This document shows positions 18,461-28,835 of a DNA stretch of 64,000 nt, in pieces (positions within the stretch are counted from its first letter, which is position 1; each line of letters starts with the position of its first letter). The notes below the pieces were generated by a model, which was given only the letters and a program-made list of their open reading frames with translations, searched no databases and was not told the origin of the DNA. The position numbers and the translations under genes are program-made. Where the stretch lies: assembly GCA_965140785.1 (NCBI GenBank), contig OZ223481.1:544001-608000 (forward strand). The letters are read 5' to 3'. Origin of the DNA: an uncultured Ruficoccus sp. GTDB taxonomy: Bacteria > Verrucomicrobiota > Verrucomicrobiia > Opitutales > Cerasicoccaceae.

Positions 18461-20164
18461 ATGAATACCCTATATAGTCAAAAAAAACAAGTTTACATAA
18501 ATAATAGTAAAACATGGCACACTGTTCGTGTTGCTTTTGCATATGTCGTGCTCTGTATTGCCCTCAAAGGGGCAAACGCTTCTGAATTAGTATGGACCGG
18601 AGGAGGTGATGATGACCTCTGGAATAATACAGAGAATTGGGACCCGATGTCCGTTTCGACAAGTTCTGACACTGCGATCTTTAACACTAGTGGCGACTAC
18701 GATGTTTCCATCCCCTCCGACGCCGCACAGTACGTCGGGAACATCACCTTCGGATCATCCGCCACTGGCACGGTTACTGTCAACCTTCAGAAACGTCTAA
18801 ATGTCGGTATTGTCGGCACGGGAGGAACGATTAGCGTGCTGTCTGGCAATCATGAGTTCGTGGGCAAGAACAGCGATGCCGGCGACATTTGGTTCAACGG
18901 GTCGATTTATGACAGTGTCGGCCCGTTGATTATATGGAATACGGACTCGGGGACTTCGTTGACCTTCACGGATACCCATATGCGGGTCAACCACAACAAC
19001 ACCAAAATAGCCAAGACCGGAGCCGGGCTTGTGGTTTTGGCTGGCAATAACGTCGGGACGACGAACGCATGGCGCTTCGCTCGTTTTGATGTCGAGGAGG
19101 GCACGCTAAAAATCGCCCATGACATGGCGACCGGATACATTGGCAATAATTATCGTGTGTTTGATGGTGCCACCATGGAACTGGCCGCTGATTATAATTC
19201 AATTGGCGGCAGTTTGTCTCTGTACGGCGCCGGCGTCGATGGTTCCGGAGCCATTTATAATTCCAGTGGTGACAATTCTATCAACGAAGGGAGCGGTACC
19301 ATCCTGTTGGTTACTGATTCCACCATTAGTGTTAACGATGGCTCGACACTGACTATACAGCAGGATATCTCCGGGAATGGAAGGCTAGTGAAGGACGGGG
19401 CGGGCCTGTTGCGTTTGTCTCAAAGCACGACTGCGAGCACATATAGTGGCGGTACAACGGTGAACGCTGGTATCCTTCAAGTCTCGCATAACAACGCGCT
19501 CGGTGTGGGCTCGGTTCAGGTTAACTCCAGTGCCGAACTGAAAATCGATTCAAGTGTGACCGTCGATAACGATATTGCCCTTGACGATGGTAGCGTGACC
19601 CGGTCGGTGCTCTTGGGCCAGGCTTGGGATCTGGGAACCAGTGGTAGTATTTACAGCGATATGGAAAGTGGCGTGGCTACCTCAGCCCAAATACTTTCCT
19701 CGCAGAACGCATCTGCCGCTGGAAACCTTTCCTATGCCTTTTCCACCTCCTCCATCGCCACTAACGATGAACTGCGCGTCTCTGATGTTTTCAGTGCAAG
19801 CGGAACCGGTTCTGACATCTACGTTCTCCAACTAAAGGTTGCCAATATAGAAGGGCTCTATGAGCTGGGCTGGCTAAACGGAGAGGATTTATGGGTCAAT
19901 GCAATCGATGGGAATTCCCAGTTGGGTGGCTCCGCCATCAGCAATATCGCGGGAAATTTTGAATCCTCCGGCGCCTCCGCGACTTCAGATTATCTCGGCA
20001 CATGGGGATACGACAGTTCCTCGGGGACGGTTTGGGCTATTTTGGATCATGACGGACAATTTTCCGTGATCACTTCAGTGCCCGAGCCCGCCGAATACGC
20101 AGCTATGTTCAGTATGGCTCTGTTCGCCCTCATCCTGTTCCATCGCAGAGGGGCGTTTATTTAA
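18461..20164 (+). CDS. PEP-CTERM protein with autotransporter-associated beta-strand repeats
   Basis: Signal peptide; KTGAGLVVL and KDGAGLLRL..TYSGGTTVNAG; C-terminal VPEP-TM-HRR. Confidence 0.9.
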   Translation: MNTLYSQKKQVYINNSKTWHTVRVAFAYVVLCIALKGANASELVWTGGGDDDLWNNTENWDPMSVSTSSDTAIFNTSGDYDVSIPSDAAQYVGNITFGSSATGTVTVNLQKRLNVGIVGTGGTISVLSGNHEFVGKNSDAGDIWFNGSIYDSVGPLIIWNTDSGTSLTFTDTHMRVNHNNTKIAKTGAGLVVLAGNNVGTTNAWRFARFDVEEGTLKIAHDMATGYIGNNYRVFDGATMELAADYNSIGGSLSLYGAGVDGSGAIYNSSGDNSINEGSGTILLVTDSTISVNDGSTLTIQQDISGNGRLVKDGAGLLRLSQSTTASTYSGGTTVNAGILQVSHNNALGVGSVQVNSSAELKIDSSVTVDNDIALDDGSVTRSVLLGQAWDLGTSGSIYSDMESGVATSAQILSSQNASAAGNLSYAFSTSSIATNDELRVSDVFSASGTGSDIYVLQLKVANIEGLYELGWLNGEDLWVNAIDGNSQLGGSAISNIAGNFESSGASATSDYLGTWGYDSSSGTVWAILDHDGQFSVITSVPEPAEYAAMFSMALFALILFHRRGAFI

Positions 20165-20207
20165 GCAGTGCCCAATCTGCTCTTTGTATCCCTAATCGAT
20201 TCTCCCA

Positions 20208-20921
20208 ATGCCCCTACAAATTACCCTATCTGCGGTCAGTCGTTTTCGGTCACACCGAGTCCGCCATCTAGGATTCTCGTTAATAGAATTATTGGCGGTG
20301 ATGGTGATCATAGCATTGCTCTGCCCGCTTATATTCTCGGTAATTGGCAAAGTCCGTCAGCTGTCGCAGGCAACTTCCTGCGCCAGCAATTTGCGGCAGT
20401 GTGGAGTGGCCCTCAATTTGTACGCGACAAATAATGGGGGCTACTTCCCCGCTGCATTGGAGGCTGATTTGCGTTCCTGGGCCGTGGAGCTGAGCCGAGG
20501 TGGCTATCTGCCCCGGTTGGAAGAGGATATGCCATCTGTTGCGGTCTGCCCCAGTGGAGCTTCACAAGGGGATTACAAGGATTTTCGCCGGGTTTATGGG
20601 ATGTGGTGTGGCAATGCGGATACAGGAATGTATCAGTTCAATCGAGATGTTCCCTGTTATCGCCTATCCCTGGAGAAGCTGGAGGCCAACCGTATCATCT
20701 TGGCGGACTCGGGACGATGTGAGTATGCGGAAGCTTGGGACCAGTCCTATTTCATTCAAGGCGGCAAGGGAAAGCGTGAGAGTAATTCCTCCAACAAAGT
20801 CATCAAGCTGGCCCATAATGGCAAAGCAAATGTTGTTTTTGCCGATGGACACCTTGAGGCGGTCGATGCGGAGTATCTAGTGCGGGATGGCCGCTACAAC
20901 TGGACCGAGCACGACGAGTAA
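20208..20921 (+). CDS. Prepilin-type N-methylation protein with H-X9-DG motif
   Basis: GFSLIELLAV, CASNLRQ, HNGKANVVFADGH. Confidence 0.92.
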   Translation: MPLQITLSAVSRFRSHRVRHLGFSLIELLAVMVIIALLCPLIFSVIGKVRQLSQATSCASNLRQCGVALNLYATNNGGYFPAALEADLRSWAVELSRGGYLPRLEEDMPSVAVCPSGASQGDYKDFRRVYGMWCGNADTGMYQFNRDVPCYRLSLEKLEANRIILADSGRCEYAEAWDQSYFIQGGKGKRESNSSNKVIKLAHNGKANVVFADGHLEAVDAEYLVRDGRYNWTEHDE

Positions 20922-20972
20922 TCATTCAGATCGCTTTCAGTGCGGTCGTAACCGAGCACAAAACACACGATT

Positions 20973-23792
20973 ATGTTTATCTATTCGAAACCGAGCCCGC
21001 TCATTTATTGTTTGATAGGATTTTTGGCAGCGACACCGATCATTAACCGGTGTGAGGCGGCTTCTCCGGAGCCGGGAATTGAGGCCTTGGCTCTGGAATC
21101 CGGAGGCTCGTTTTGCTTTGATGATCTGACCTTCGCTCTCTTGCACTTTGCTCCCAAGTGGGAACGCACATTGCAGTCGGTTAAAACCTCGGCCGGCAAC
21201 TATGATGCGCCCAAGAATGGCTTCTGGGATTGGACTGGGCATATGAACGTCCAGGGTAAGCAATCTAGCCAGATCAGCATCCGGGAGGAGTTTTCCATAC
21301 TGAATCCGCAGTCCTTCTCCTTGGATTACTCGGTTTCGTCCGCAACCCCGGACGGACTGCCAACCCGAGAGTTCTCCCTGGAGATTAGCCTGCCCGCCAT
21401 GATATCCGTCGGGCGTACAATTTGGATGGATCGCGCCCCCCTGAGGGTCCCGATTATTGCCAGTGACTTTGTCCTGGCATCGCCAACGCAAGTGAACTGT
21501 ATGCGTCTGCCATCAGCTACGGGAGAAATCCAAATCAGCTCGGACAAGCCCTTTACCGTTCGAGTTGAAGACATGCGAGCCTGGAAGTACCCGAGCTTTG
21601 ATATCCGTGTGAGGATCCAGTTCCCTATGTCCGGTGAAAGCATGCCAAATTCATCGCTCAGCCTTTATCTGGAGTACGTGCCTGGGGCGGTTGAGAATTT
21701 GGATGCGCCGCTTGTGATGAAGCCTGGTCCCGAGTGGGCTCCTTACCGACACTTGGTTGGTATCGAGCCGGGTGGGGTGTTTGATTTTTCCTTTATGTCT
21801 GATGCCCCGGCCGGCAAACATGGAGCTGTGGTCGCCACTTCCGACGGGCATCTTGAGTTTGCGAATCGTCCGAGTGAGACGGTTCGTTTCTGGGGAGTGA
21901 ATCTGTGTTTCACCGCCCTCTATCTGGATAAGCAGGAAGCGGACAAGCTGGCATCACGGCTTGCAGCCTCCGGGTATAATACCGTACGCTTTCATCACTA
22001 TGATGCCGGCCTCGCTCAAAAGGGCGAGCGCACCGACAGCGTATTTAATCCCGAGAAGCTGGACCAGCTTGATTATCTATTTTACGCTATGAAGCGTGCG
22101 GGTCTCTACATCAATATTGATCTTTTTACCGTGCGCTCTTGGAATTTTACGGCGGAGGAAAAAGCCGAAATGGGCATGGAGTTCGACGGCAGCGAAATTT
22201 ACGCCTTTAAGGCCTTGATACCGATTTCGGAAGCCGCGATGTCCAATTGGGAGAGGTTTGCGAGTTCCCTGTTAACCCATAAAAATCCTTACACCGGGCT
22301 GACTTGGGCTCAAGATCCTGCCTTAATGGGCATTTGTCCTGTCAACGAGGATGTCCTCTCTTGGGAAAAGATCGGCAAATATCCGGCCATTCTGGACCGC
22401 TATGAAAAAGCCTTTGAGCGCTGGTGGAAGCAGCCCGCTAACCGCGCCAAGGTGAGCAACAACGAGTCGTATGGGCGCAATCGCTTCCTTTTCGAAATTC
22501 ATATCCAGGCAGACCACCGGATGCATGACTATCTGCGCTCTCTGGGGGTGGACGCTCTTCTGACGGGGGTGAATTTTCTCAACATGCAAGGCCTGGCTTA
22601 TGTGCGAGAGCAGTATGATCTCGTGGACAATCACCAGTATTGGGCGCATCCGCAAAGAGTGCCCGGGGATAAAGAGCGTCTGTATACGGGCTTCTCACAG
22701 AAGAGTTCCGTGGCTTGTCTGGCGGAAAGTCCGCGCGGGATCATGCAATCTCGACTATGGGGAAAGCCTTATACCGTTACTGAGTTTAATTTCCTCTCGC
22801 CGAATCAGTTCCGGGCTGAGGGGGGGATCCTGATTCCAGCCTATGCCAGTCTTCAGGATTGGGACGCGCTGTATAATTTTGAATATGCATCCCGCCAGTC
22901 CTATGCGATGGAAGGTGGAACCGCTCGGACGTTTTCCTTGACGGCTGATCCGATTGGTTTGCTAGCTGACAGGGTCTCCGCACTGCTTTTTCGACGGGGC
23001 GATATCGAAACTTCCAGCCACGCTGTCGGCTTTGCGATCAATGAAAACAGTGCCTTTGTCGAGGAGGATGCACAGGTCCCGGTTGAATTTACTAAAATAG
23101 GCCTGGTCTGCCGCATTGGCTCGGGTACGAAGCCCCCTCAGGAGCAACTTATCGACTATGGTCTGGATTCCGTCGTGGTCGAGGATAGCACGCCCATCGC
23201 TCCGGGTTCATCTGATGTTTATCACGCCAACAAGGCTCTCTTGAGCCATCTGTTGAGCGACGGCATTTTGCCCGCTGGGTCCATCGACCAGCGAGAAAAT
23301 TACTTTCGCAGCGATACGGGTGAGATCGAGTTGTGGGCCGACAAAGGGAGCGCGCAGGTCATCGCTAAACGCTGTGAATTGTTTGTCCTGCCCGCGCAGG
23401 TGGCTCTCGATGGAGATGTAGTTTCTGTGCAAAACGGCGCAAGTTTCGCGACGGTATCTGTGGTCGCTGTTGATGGGGCACCGCTGGTGGACAGTTCGCG
23501 AATATTGGTGCTTCATTTGACGGATGCATTGCCCAGCGAAACCCGCTTTGCGATGTCAGACAGAACCGTCCTAGACAAATGGGGAACAGCACCTCATCTC
23601 GTCCGAAAGGGGGGAACTGACATTGTCTTACATTTGGATGAGCATGCAAACTATCAAGCCTGGGTGGTTGATGCAACTGGAAGGCGTGTGCGTGAAGCGC
23701 CATTTCAACGGAGCGGGCAAGCTTGGGTTCTGTCTGCGGAGACGATTTCTCCCGAAGGGACCCAGTTGGCCTATGAAATCGTCCGCTTATAA
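20973..23792 (+). CDS. Secreted glycoside hydrolase, clan GH-A-like (family uncertain)
   Basis: RFWGVN, GYNTVRFHH, NPYTG, VNED acid/base and VTEF nucleophile motifs. Confidence 0.75.
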   Translation: MFIYSKPSPLIYCLIGFLAATPIINRCEAASPEPGIEALALESGGSFCFDDLTFALLHFAPKWERTLQSVKTSAGNYDAPKNGFWDWTGHMNVQGKQSSQISIREEFSILNPQSFSLDYSVSSATPDGLPTREFSLEISLPAMISVGRTIWMDRAPLRVPIIASDFVLASPTQVNCMRLPSATGEIQISSDKPFTVRVEDMRAWKYPSFDIRVRIQFPMSGESMPNSSLSLYLEYVPGAVENLDAPLVMKPGPEWAPYRHLVGIEPGGVFDFSFMSDAPAGKHGAVVATSDGHLEFANRPSETVRFWGVNLCFTALYLDKQEADKLASRLAASGYNTVRFHHYDAGLAQKGERTDSVFNPEKLDQLDYLFYAMKRAGLYINIDLFTVRSWNFTAEEKAEMGMEFDGSEIYAFKALIPISEAAMSNWERFASSLLTHKNPYTGLTWAQDPALMGICPVNEDVLSWEKIGKYPAILDRYEKAFERWWKQPANRAKVSNNESYGRNRFLFEIHIQADHRMHDYLRSLGVDALLTGVNFLNMQGLAYVREQYDLVDNHQYWAHPQRVPGDKERLYTGFSQKSSVACLAESPRGIMQSRLWGKPYTVTEFNFLSPNQFRAEGGILIPAYASLQDWDALYNFEYASRQSYAMEGGTARTFSLTADPIGLLADRVSALLFRRGDIETSSHAVGFAINENSAFVEEDAQVPVEFTKIGLVCRIGSGTKPPQEQLIDYGLDSVVVEDSTPIAPGSSDVYHANKALLSHLLSDGILPAGSIDQRENYFRSDTGEIELWADKGSAQVIAKRCELFVLPAQVALDGDVVSVQNGASFATVSVVAVDGAPLVDSSRILVLHLTDALPSETRFAMSDRTVLDKWGTAPHLVRKGGTDIVLHLDEHANYQAWVVDATGRRVREAPFQRSGQAWVLSAETISPEGTQLAYEIVRL

Positions 23793-23879
23793 CAATGATG
23801 GTTCAAACAGACCAATGACGGCTCGTGTATGGTCATCGTCTGCTTGCCTTGGCGGAATATAAAGATGAGGATGGGCGAG

Positions 23880-24950
23880 ATGTCACATCAGACTTTTCCC
23901 GTCGCGGACGGGTTTCAGCGCCAGTCGCTCGTAAACCAATTAGCGAATCGTATTCGCCTGGAAATTGAAAGGCAAACGTGGGGAAGCTGGTTGCCGAGTG
24001 AGCGAGAACTGGTGGCGATTTATCTGGTCGCACGTAACACACTGCGGGCGGCTTTGTGTAGTTTGACGAAGGCAGGCTTGATCGAACCGAAACATGGTGT
24101 CGGTTATCGTATTGTTCGAGGGAAGTCGCTGGTGATAAACACCGCCAAGCTAAGCGTTGGTTTGCTTTTGTCGGGACAACCGGATTGTTTGGAGCCAAAT
24201 CAGTTATCCTTGATCAGTGAACTGCGGGCCTGCTTAATGAAGCAGAAACTGGATTTGCATATCCATTCACGAAGAACTTATGTCCGGGCATTAGGCGATT
24301 ACAGTTGCTGGGTTTTGCTGATGTCGGAGCATGTCCTGCAAAAGCGCTTTTTCGATAACGATATCCCATGTGTTGTGGCTGGGACGACCTATTCCGACAT
24401 TGACTTGCCCTCGGTTGATATTGATCACCGCTGCGTTTGCCGACATGCGGTTGGAATGCTGATTGCACGCGGTCACCGTCGGCTTGCCTACATATCCCTA
24501 AAGCCTGTTTGTGCGGGAGATATCCAGAGTGAGTTTGGTTTTTCGGAGGGGGTACGTTTGAGCAACGAAAAGGGCCTTTCTATCCGCATCGTTCATCATG
24601 ACGGCACTCGCGTTGGACTGGCTCGAATGATGAAGCAGTTAATGTCCCAGGCGAATCCACCGACAGGGATACTGGTAAGAAATTCTTACCATTACCTGAC
24701 GCTGAGGGAGCTATTCTTGCATGGGGGTGGGCTTAATAAACGGAGCCTGGATTTAATAAGCCGCGATGACGCTCCGTTTCTCAGTCACTTGATCCCCGCA
24801 CCCATGAGATACGTCCTGGCTCCGGCGAAAATTGCTCAGGCGATCTCCCAAGAGATACAAAATATGAATATAAAACGGAAATGCCAGGTCCGGCTTGTCC
24901 CAGAGTTCATACCAGGGGATGATATGGCCTTCGGGTTGTCCTTAAATTGA
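23880..24950 (+). CDS. GntR-HTH regulator with LacI-type sugar-binding domain
   Basis: LPSERELV..VARNTLRAAL; PSVDID..GHRRLAY. Confidence 0.85.
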   Translation: MSHQTFPVADGFQRQSLVNQLANRIRLEIERQTWGSWLPSERELVAIYLVARNTLRAALCSLTKAGLIEPKHGVGYRIVRGKSLVINTAKLSVGLLLSGQPDCLEPNQLSLISELRACLMKQKLDLHIHSRRTYVRALGDYSCWVLLMSEHVLQKRFFDNDIPCVVAGTTYSDIDLPSVDIDHRCVCRHAVGMLIARGHRRLAYISLKPVCAGDIQSEFGFSEGVRLSNEKGLSIRIVHHDGTRVGLARMMKQLMSQANPPTGILVRNSYHYLTLRELFLHGGGLNKRSLDLISRDDAPFLSHLIPAPMRYVLAPAKIAQAISQEIQNMNIKRKCQVRLVPEFIPGDDMAFGLSLN

Positions 24951-25001
24951 ACCAGTTGATTTCGATTGTTCCCCAACTGGAATATGCCACTCATCGAGAT
25001 C

Positions 25002-25943
25002 ATGCAAACTTCTCATCATTTTCGTTTACAAGGCCTTATCGCTGCGTCGTTCACGCCTTTTCAGAAAGACGGCTCGGTCAATACGAGCGTGATTCCTGAC
25101 TATGCCGCTTTTCTTAAGGAACGGGGCGTTCAGGCCGTCTTTATCGCTGGTACTACCGGCGAGGGGGCCTCGCTCAGCCAGGAAGAGCGGGAATGCATGG
25201 CTGGGGCTTGGCTGCGCTGCAGGACACTTCCTGTTGTCGTACATGTTGGCCATACCTCCTTGACTGATGCGTGTCGTCTTGCCCGCCATGCCGCGGATAA
25301 CGGGGCTGCGGCTATTGCCGCGATAGCCCCCTATTTCTATAGGCCCGGATCGTGTGGTGAACTGGTCAACTGGTGCGAGGCAGTTGCTTCGACAGTGCCA
25401 GAACTACCATTTTACTATTACCATATGCCTTCGACAACCGGAGTAGATCTGCCCATGTCTTCATTTCTTCCACTGGCGGTTCAGCGTATCGAAAACTTTA
25501 GGGGACTTAAGTTTTCACATGATAATATATCCGACTATGGGTCATGCGTTCAATGCTACCATGGGGATATTGATCTGGTATGGGGAAAGGATGAAAAACT
25601 ATTTGAGGCTTTGAGCGTTGGAGCGCAGGCGGCCATCGGAACTACATACAATTACGCATCAGCGCTGTATTTTAGACTGATTGACGCTTACCGGAAAGGA
25701 GAGACTGCCATTGCGCGCAGCTTGCAGGATCAGTCCATTGCAATGATTGATGCTTGCTGTTCATTGGGCGTGTCTCATTTGGCGGCGGCAAAGACACTCA
25801 TGTCCGATTTTGATTTGGATTGTGGCCCGGTCCGCTTGCCACTGGTCAATCCGACCGCTCATCAATTGGTTGCGCTCCGAGTACGTCTGAATCAAATCGG
25901 CTATTTCGACGACAACTTTTCCAACCCGATGCTCTCGGTGTGA
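25002..25943 (+). CDS. DapA/NanA-family aldolase, N-acetylneuraminate lyase-like
   Basis: GTTGEG, YYYHMP and GLKFS Schiff-base lysine. Confidence 0.85.
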   Translation: MQTSHHFRLQGLIAASFTPFQKDGSVNTSVIPDYAAFLKERGVQAVFIAGTTGEGASLSQEERECMAGAWLRCRTLPVVVHVGHTSLTDACRLARHAADNGAAAIAAIAPYFYRPGSCGELVNWCEAVASTVPELPFYYYHMPSTTGVDLPMSSFLPLAVQRIENFRGLKFSHDNISDYGSCVQCYHGDIDLVWGKDEKLFEALSVGAQAAIGTTYNYASALYFRLIDAYRKGETAIARSLQDQSIAMIDACCSLGVSHLAAAKTLMSDFDLDCGPVRLPLVNPTAHQLVALRVRLNQIGYFDDNFSNPMLSV

Positions 25944-26085
25944 CTTCCCAAATAAACAGTGCGGACGCAAATAAGTCGTCGCCTCATTCCGTTCGCTGAA
26001 GAGCAAAGCGAGATCATTAGCCATGATTTTCCTTATCCGTCATGAATGACAACTGTACCCGCGTTCTGGCAGAAATCATCCGATC

Positions 26086-27351
26086 ATGAAGATAAACATC
26101 ATAAAAGAACCTCATCCCGAACCGCAGCGCCCGGAAGATCAAAAAATGAAATGTGCCTTCTGCGCTTACCCGATTTACGCGACAAGCCACGGAGCGACAA
26201 TGCTTGAACTGAGAAACAGCTGCGAGATGTGGCAAAGCAAAGATAATGGAACAACCTGGCATCTACTTCGATGCATTCCCGTGGAGGAGAAGATATCGAA
26301 CTCACGGTATCTTAAATGGAGTTTGGGGCCGTTGGTACATGACCGGAGCAACGATATTTTGATCTGTTTTGAGTATTGCATCGCATATGGCTGTCCGGTC
26401 TCCGAGATTGTCAACTATGCCAAACATTGCGATTTCTTGATCCCCGAGAGCATACTGAATTTTTACCGGTCTTCACGCGATGGTGGCACAACTTGGAGTA
26501 AACGACGACAGTTGCGTCAGGCTGGCCTAGAATTTGATGACGATAACTATTCAGAACGCCACAGCCTAAGTGGCGGTGGCTTTATCCAACTGGGGGAGGC
26601 TCCGCCATACCTGAACGCTAGTGATGGCGCACTGATATTGCCATTCCAGGGCCGTAGCCGGGTAAACCATGAAATTGACGGTTCCATTCAGGCTGGACGT
26701 TTCTATGGGGTCTGGGATGAAGAAATGGGAGATTACGAATGGCATGTCCGAAGCGGCTATGTGCCGGGCGGTGGCTGTGAACAAACGATTGAACGTCTAA
26801 AAGATGGACGGTTGCTCAACATCATCCGAGTTCAGGGCGTGATAGAGCCATACTATTGTGACCTGAGATATCGCCCTTACTCAATTTCCGAGGACGACGG
26901 AGTCACTTGGAGCAAGCCGGCACCATTAAGGTGGGACGACGGAGCGCATGTGGTAAGCCCTCGTTCATGGTCACAGCTGATCCGTGCCAACCATGGCACG
27001 CTTTACTGGATCGCCAATATATTGCCGGACCTTGATCGGCTGGGCGAAGAGACTCTGTCCCGCTTGGAGAAAACCGACCGTGCGGACCCACGTTTTCCTC
27101 TGGTCATCGCCGAGGTAGATGAAAGTAGTCTAACTCTGAAACGGAAGAGCGAAGCCGTCATCATCGACCGTCAGCCTTACGATGGTGAGTTTGTTCGGTA
27201 TAGTAACTTCTTCTGTTACAATAATAGGGAATCTGGAGATATTAATATGCTCATGATGAAATCTTATCATGAGAATCAGCATGACATCGAAGAGATGCCC
27301 CACCCCGCGTGGCGATTTCGTATTTCGTTTGCACGCAACGAGGAAGTATAA
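26086..27351 (+). CDS. Sialidase-like BNR-repeat protein
   Basis: Asp-boxes SKDNGTTW, SRDGGTTW, SEDDGVTW. Confidence 0.8.
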   Translation: MKINIIKEPHPEPQRPEDQKMKCAFCAYPIYATSHGATMLELRNSCEMWQSKDNGTTWHLLRCIPVEEKISNSRYLKWSLGPLVHDRSNDILICFEYCIAYGCPVSEIVNYAKHCDFLIPESILNFYRSSRDGGTTWSKRRQLRQAGLEFDDDNYSERHSLSGGGFIQLGEAPPYLNASDGALILPFQGRSRVNHEIDGSIQAGRFYGVWDEEMGDYEWHVRSGYVPGGGCEQTIERLKDGRLLNIIRVQGVIEPYYCDLRYRPYSISEDDGVTWSKPAPLRWDDGAHVVSPRSWSQLIRANHGTLYWIANILPDLDRLGEETLSRLEKTDRADPRFPLVIAEVDESSLTLKRKSEAVIIDRQPYDGEFVRYSNFFCYNNRESGDINMLMMKSYHENQHDIEEMPHPAWRFRISFARNEEV

Positions 27352-27379
27352 GGTGACATCGGGGCACTTCGGTTAAAGC

Positions 27380-27482
27380 TGGAGGCTGATTTCGTCCGTG
27401 AGTGCCGGGAATCCAAGCCATTGTCCCAGGTGATGGAGTGGACTCGGTAGTCCGCCAGGGCCACGATGGCGGCCCTTGGCAC
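27380..27482 (-). pseudogene. Possible degenerate IS30 transposase fragment
   Basis: RVHSITWDNGL resembles the IS30 SITxDNGxEF motif; short match. Confidence 0.4.
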
Positions 27483-27778
27483 TCACGGTGGTGTCCCTGC
27501 TGGGCCACGGAACCTCTCGCCCGTAGCGGCTCTTGTGTCAAAATGGACCAGTTGTCTCGATTGACCTGGTAATCAGGCTTTGATGGTGGCGCTTACAAGC
27601 TTTCCTAACGTCGCATTGGCTGCATCAATTTCTAGTTCGTCGGGTCGCTATGAGAGAGTAAAATATCTGCGGGGTTGGCTGGGGATTTGAGGCCAAGGCA
27701 TCAGAAAGATAATTTATGCCCAACATTGATAACTCCATCTAAAGACTCAGCCCATGGTTTTCTGGTATTATCTAGGTC

Positions 27779-28795
27779 ATGATTGGTGATACTTTTCAAC
27801 AGATACTTTTTACTAAGCCAGGCACTGCTGTCCATGACACTTGTGTGACCTCTACACTTCCCGAGGGGCTGGGCGACGTTCTGATCGAAACAGAATACAG
27901 TGTAGTCAGCGCAGGCACCGAGCTTGCTATTCTCGCGGGTAAGGAAGGCTGGGCGCCTCTGCCATTTACGCCGGGCTATGGATCCGTGGGGCGGGTGGTG
28001 CGGATTGGTTCTGGCGTGACCGATGTGCAGGTTGGCGAGAGGATATTTACCTACGGCAAGCACGCTCGCTACGGCATGGCGGATGTCCTGCGCCTTCCAG
28101 TCAATGAAGATGCCGATGCGATCAAGGCTACATTTGCCCGTATCGCCGCGGTATCCATCACAGCGTTGCGCACGGCAGATATTGCACTGGGGGATACCGT
28201 CGCTGTGATTGGCCTGGGATTGGTTGGCAATTTTTCGGCTCAGCTTTTCGCACTCAGTGGGTGTGAGGTAATCGGGATCGATCTTTCGGAAAAGCGCCGT
28301 GAGCAGGCCCGCCTATGTGGTATCGCGCATACACTGACCCCAGGCGCGGATCTCGTTGCCGAAATCGAAGAACTTACAGATGGACGAAAATGCCGAACCG
28401 TCGTCGAGGCTACCGGGTTGCCAGAAGTGGCGGTTAGTGCTGCTGAGCTTGCGGGTAAGCAGGGAGAAGTTATCCTGCTTGGAAGCCCGCGTAAGGAATG
28501 TGTGCGTGACTTGACCCCGGTGCTTAACCGCATCCATATCTGGGACAACGGCTGCGTGACCTTCAAGGGGGCGCACGAGTGGCGTTACCCTGTCAAAGAG
28601 GATTCCGCAGGCTATGGCCGCTTTTCCATGGAGGGCAACGTGCGCAGTTTACTGGGCTTGATTGCCCAGGATAAGTTGAAGATCGAACCGCTCCTGACGC
28701 ATGTGGTTTCGCCGGCAGATTGCCAGAGCGTTTATGACGGCCTTCGAGATCAGAAGGATGTCTACACCGGAGTTGTCTTCGATTGGTCCAGGTAG
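27779..28795 (+). CDS. Zinc-binding (MDR) dehydrogenase
   Basis: SAGTE, PGYGSVG, GLGLVG. Confidence 0.9.
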   Translation: MIGDTFQQILFTKPGTAVHDTCVTSTLPEGLGDVLIETEYSVVSAGTELAILAGKEGWAPLPFTPGYGSVGRVVRIGSGVTDVQVGERIFTYGKHARYGMADVLRLPVNEDADAIKATFARIAAVSITALRTADIALGDTVAVIGLGLVGNFSAQLFALSGCEVIGIDLSEKRREQARLCGIAHTLTPGADLVAEIEELTDGRKCRTVVEATGLPEVAVSAAELAGKQGEVILLGSPRKECVRDLTPVLNRIHIWDNGCVTFKGAHEWRYPVKEDSAGYGRFSMEGNVRSLLGLIAQDKLKIEPLLTHVVSPADCQSVYDGLRDQKDVYTGVVFDWSR

Positions 28796-28835
28796 GTGTA
28801 CCTGCAGTATGAACTCAATCCTTACTTAGTGAAAG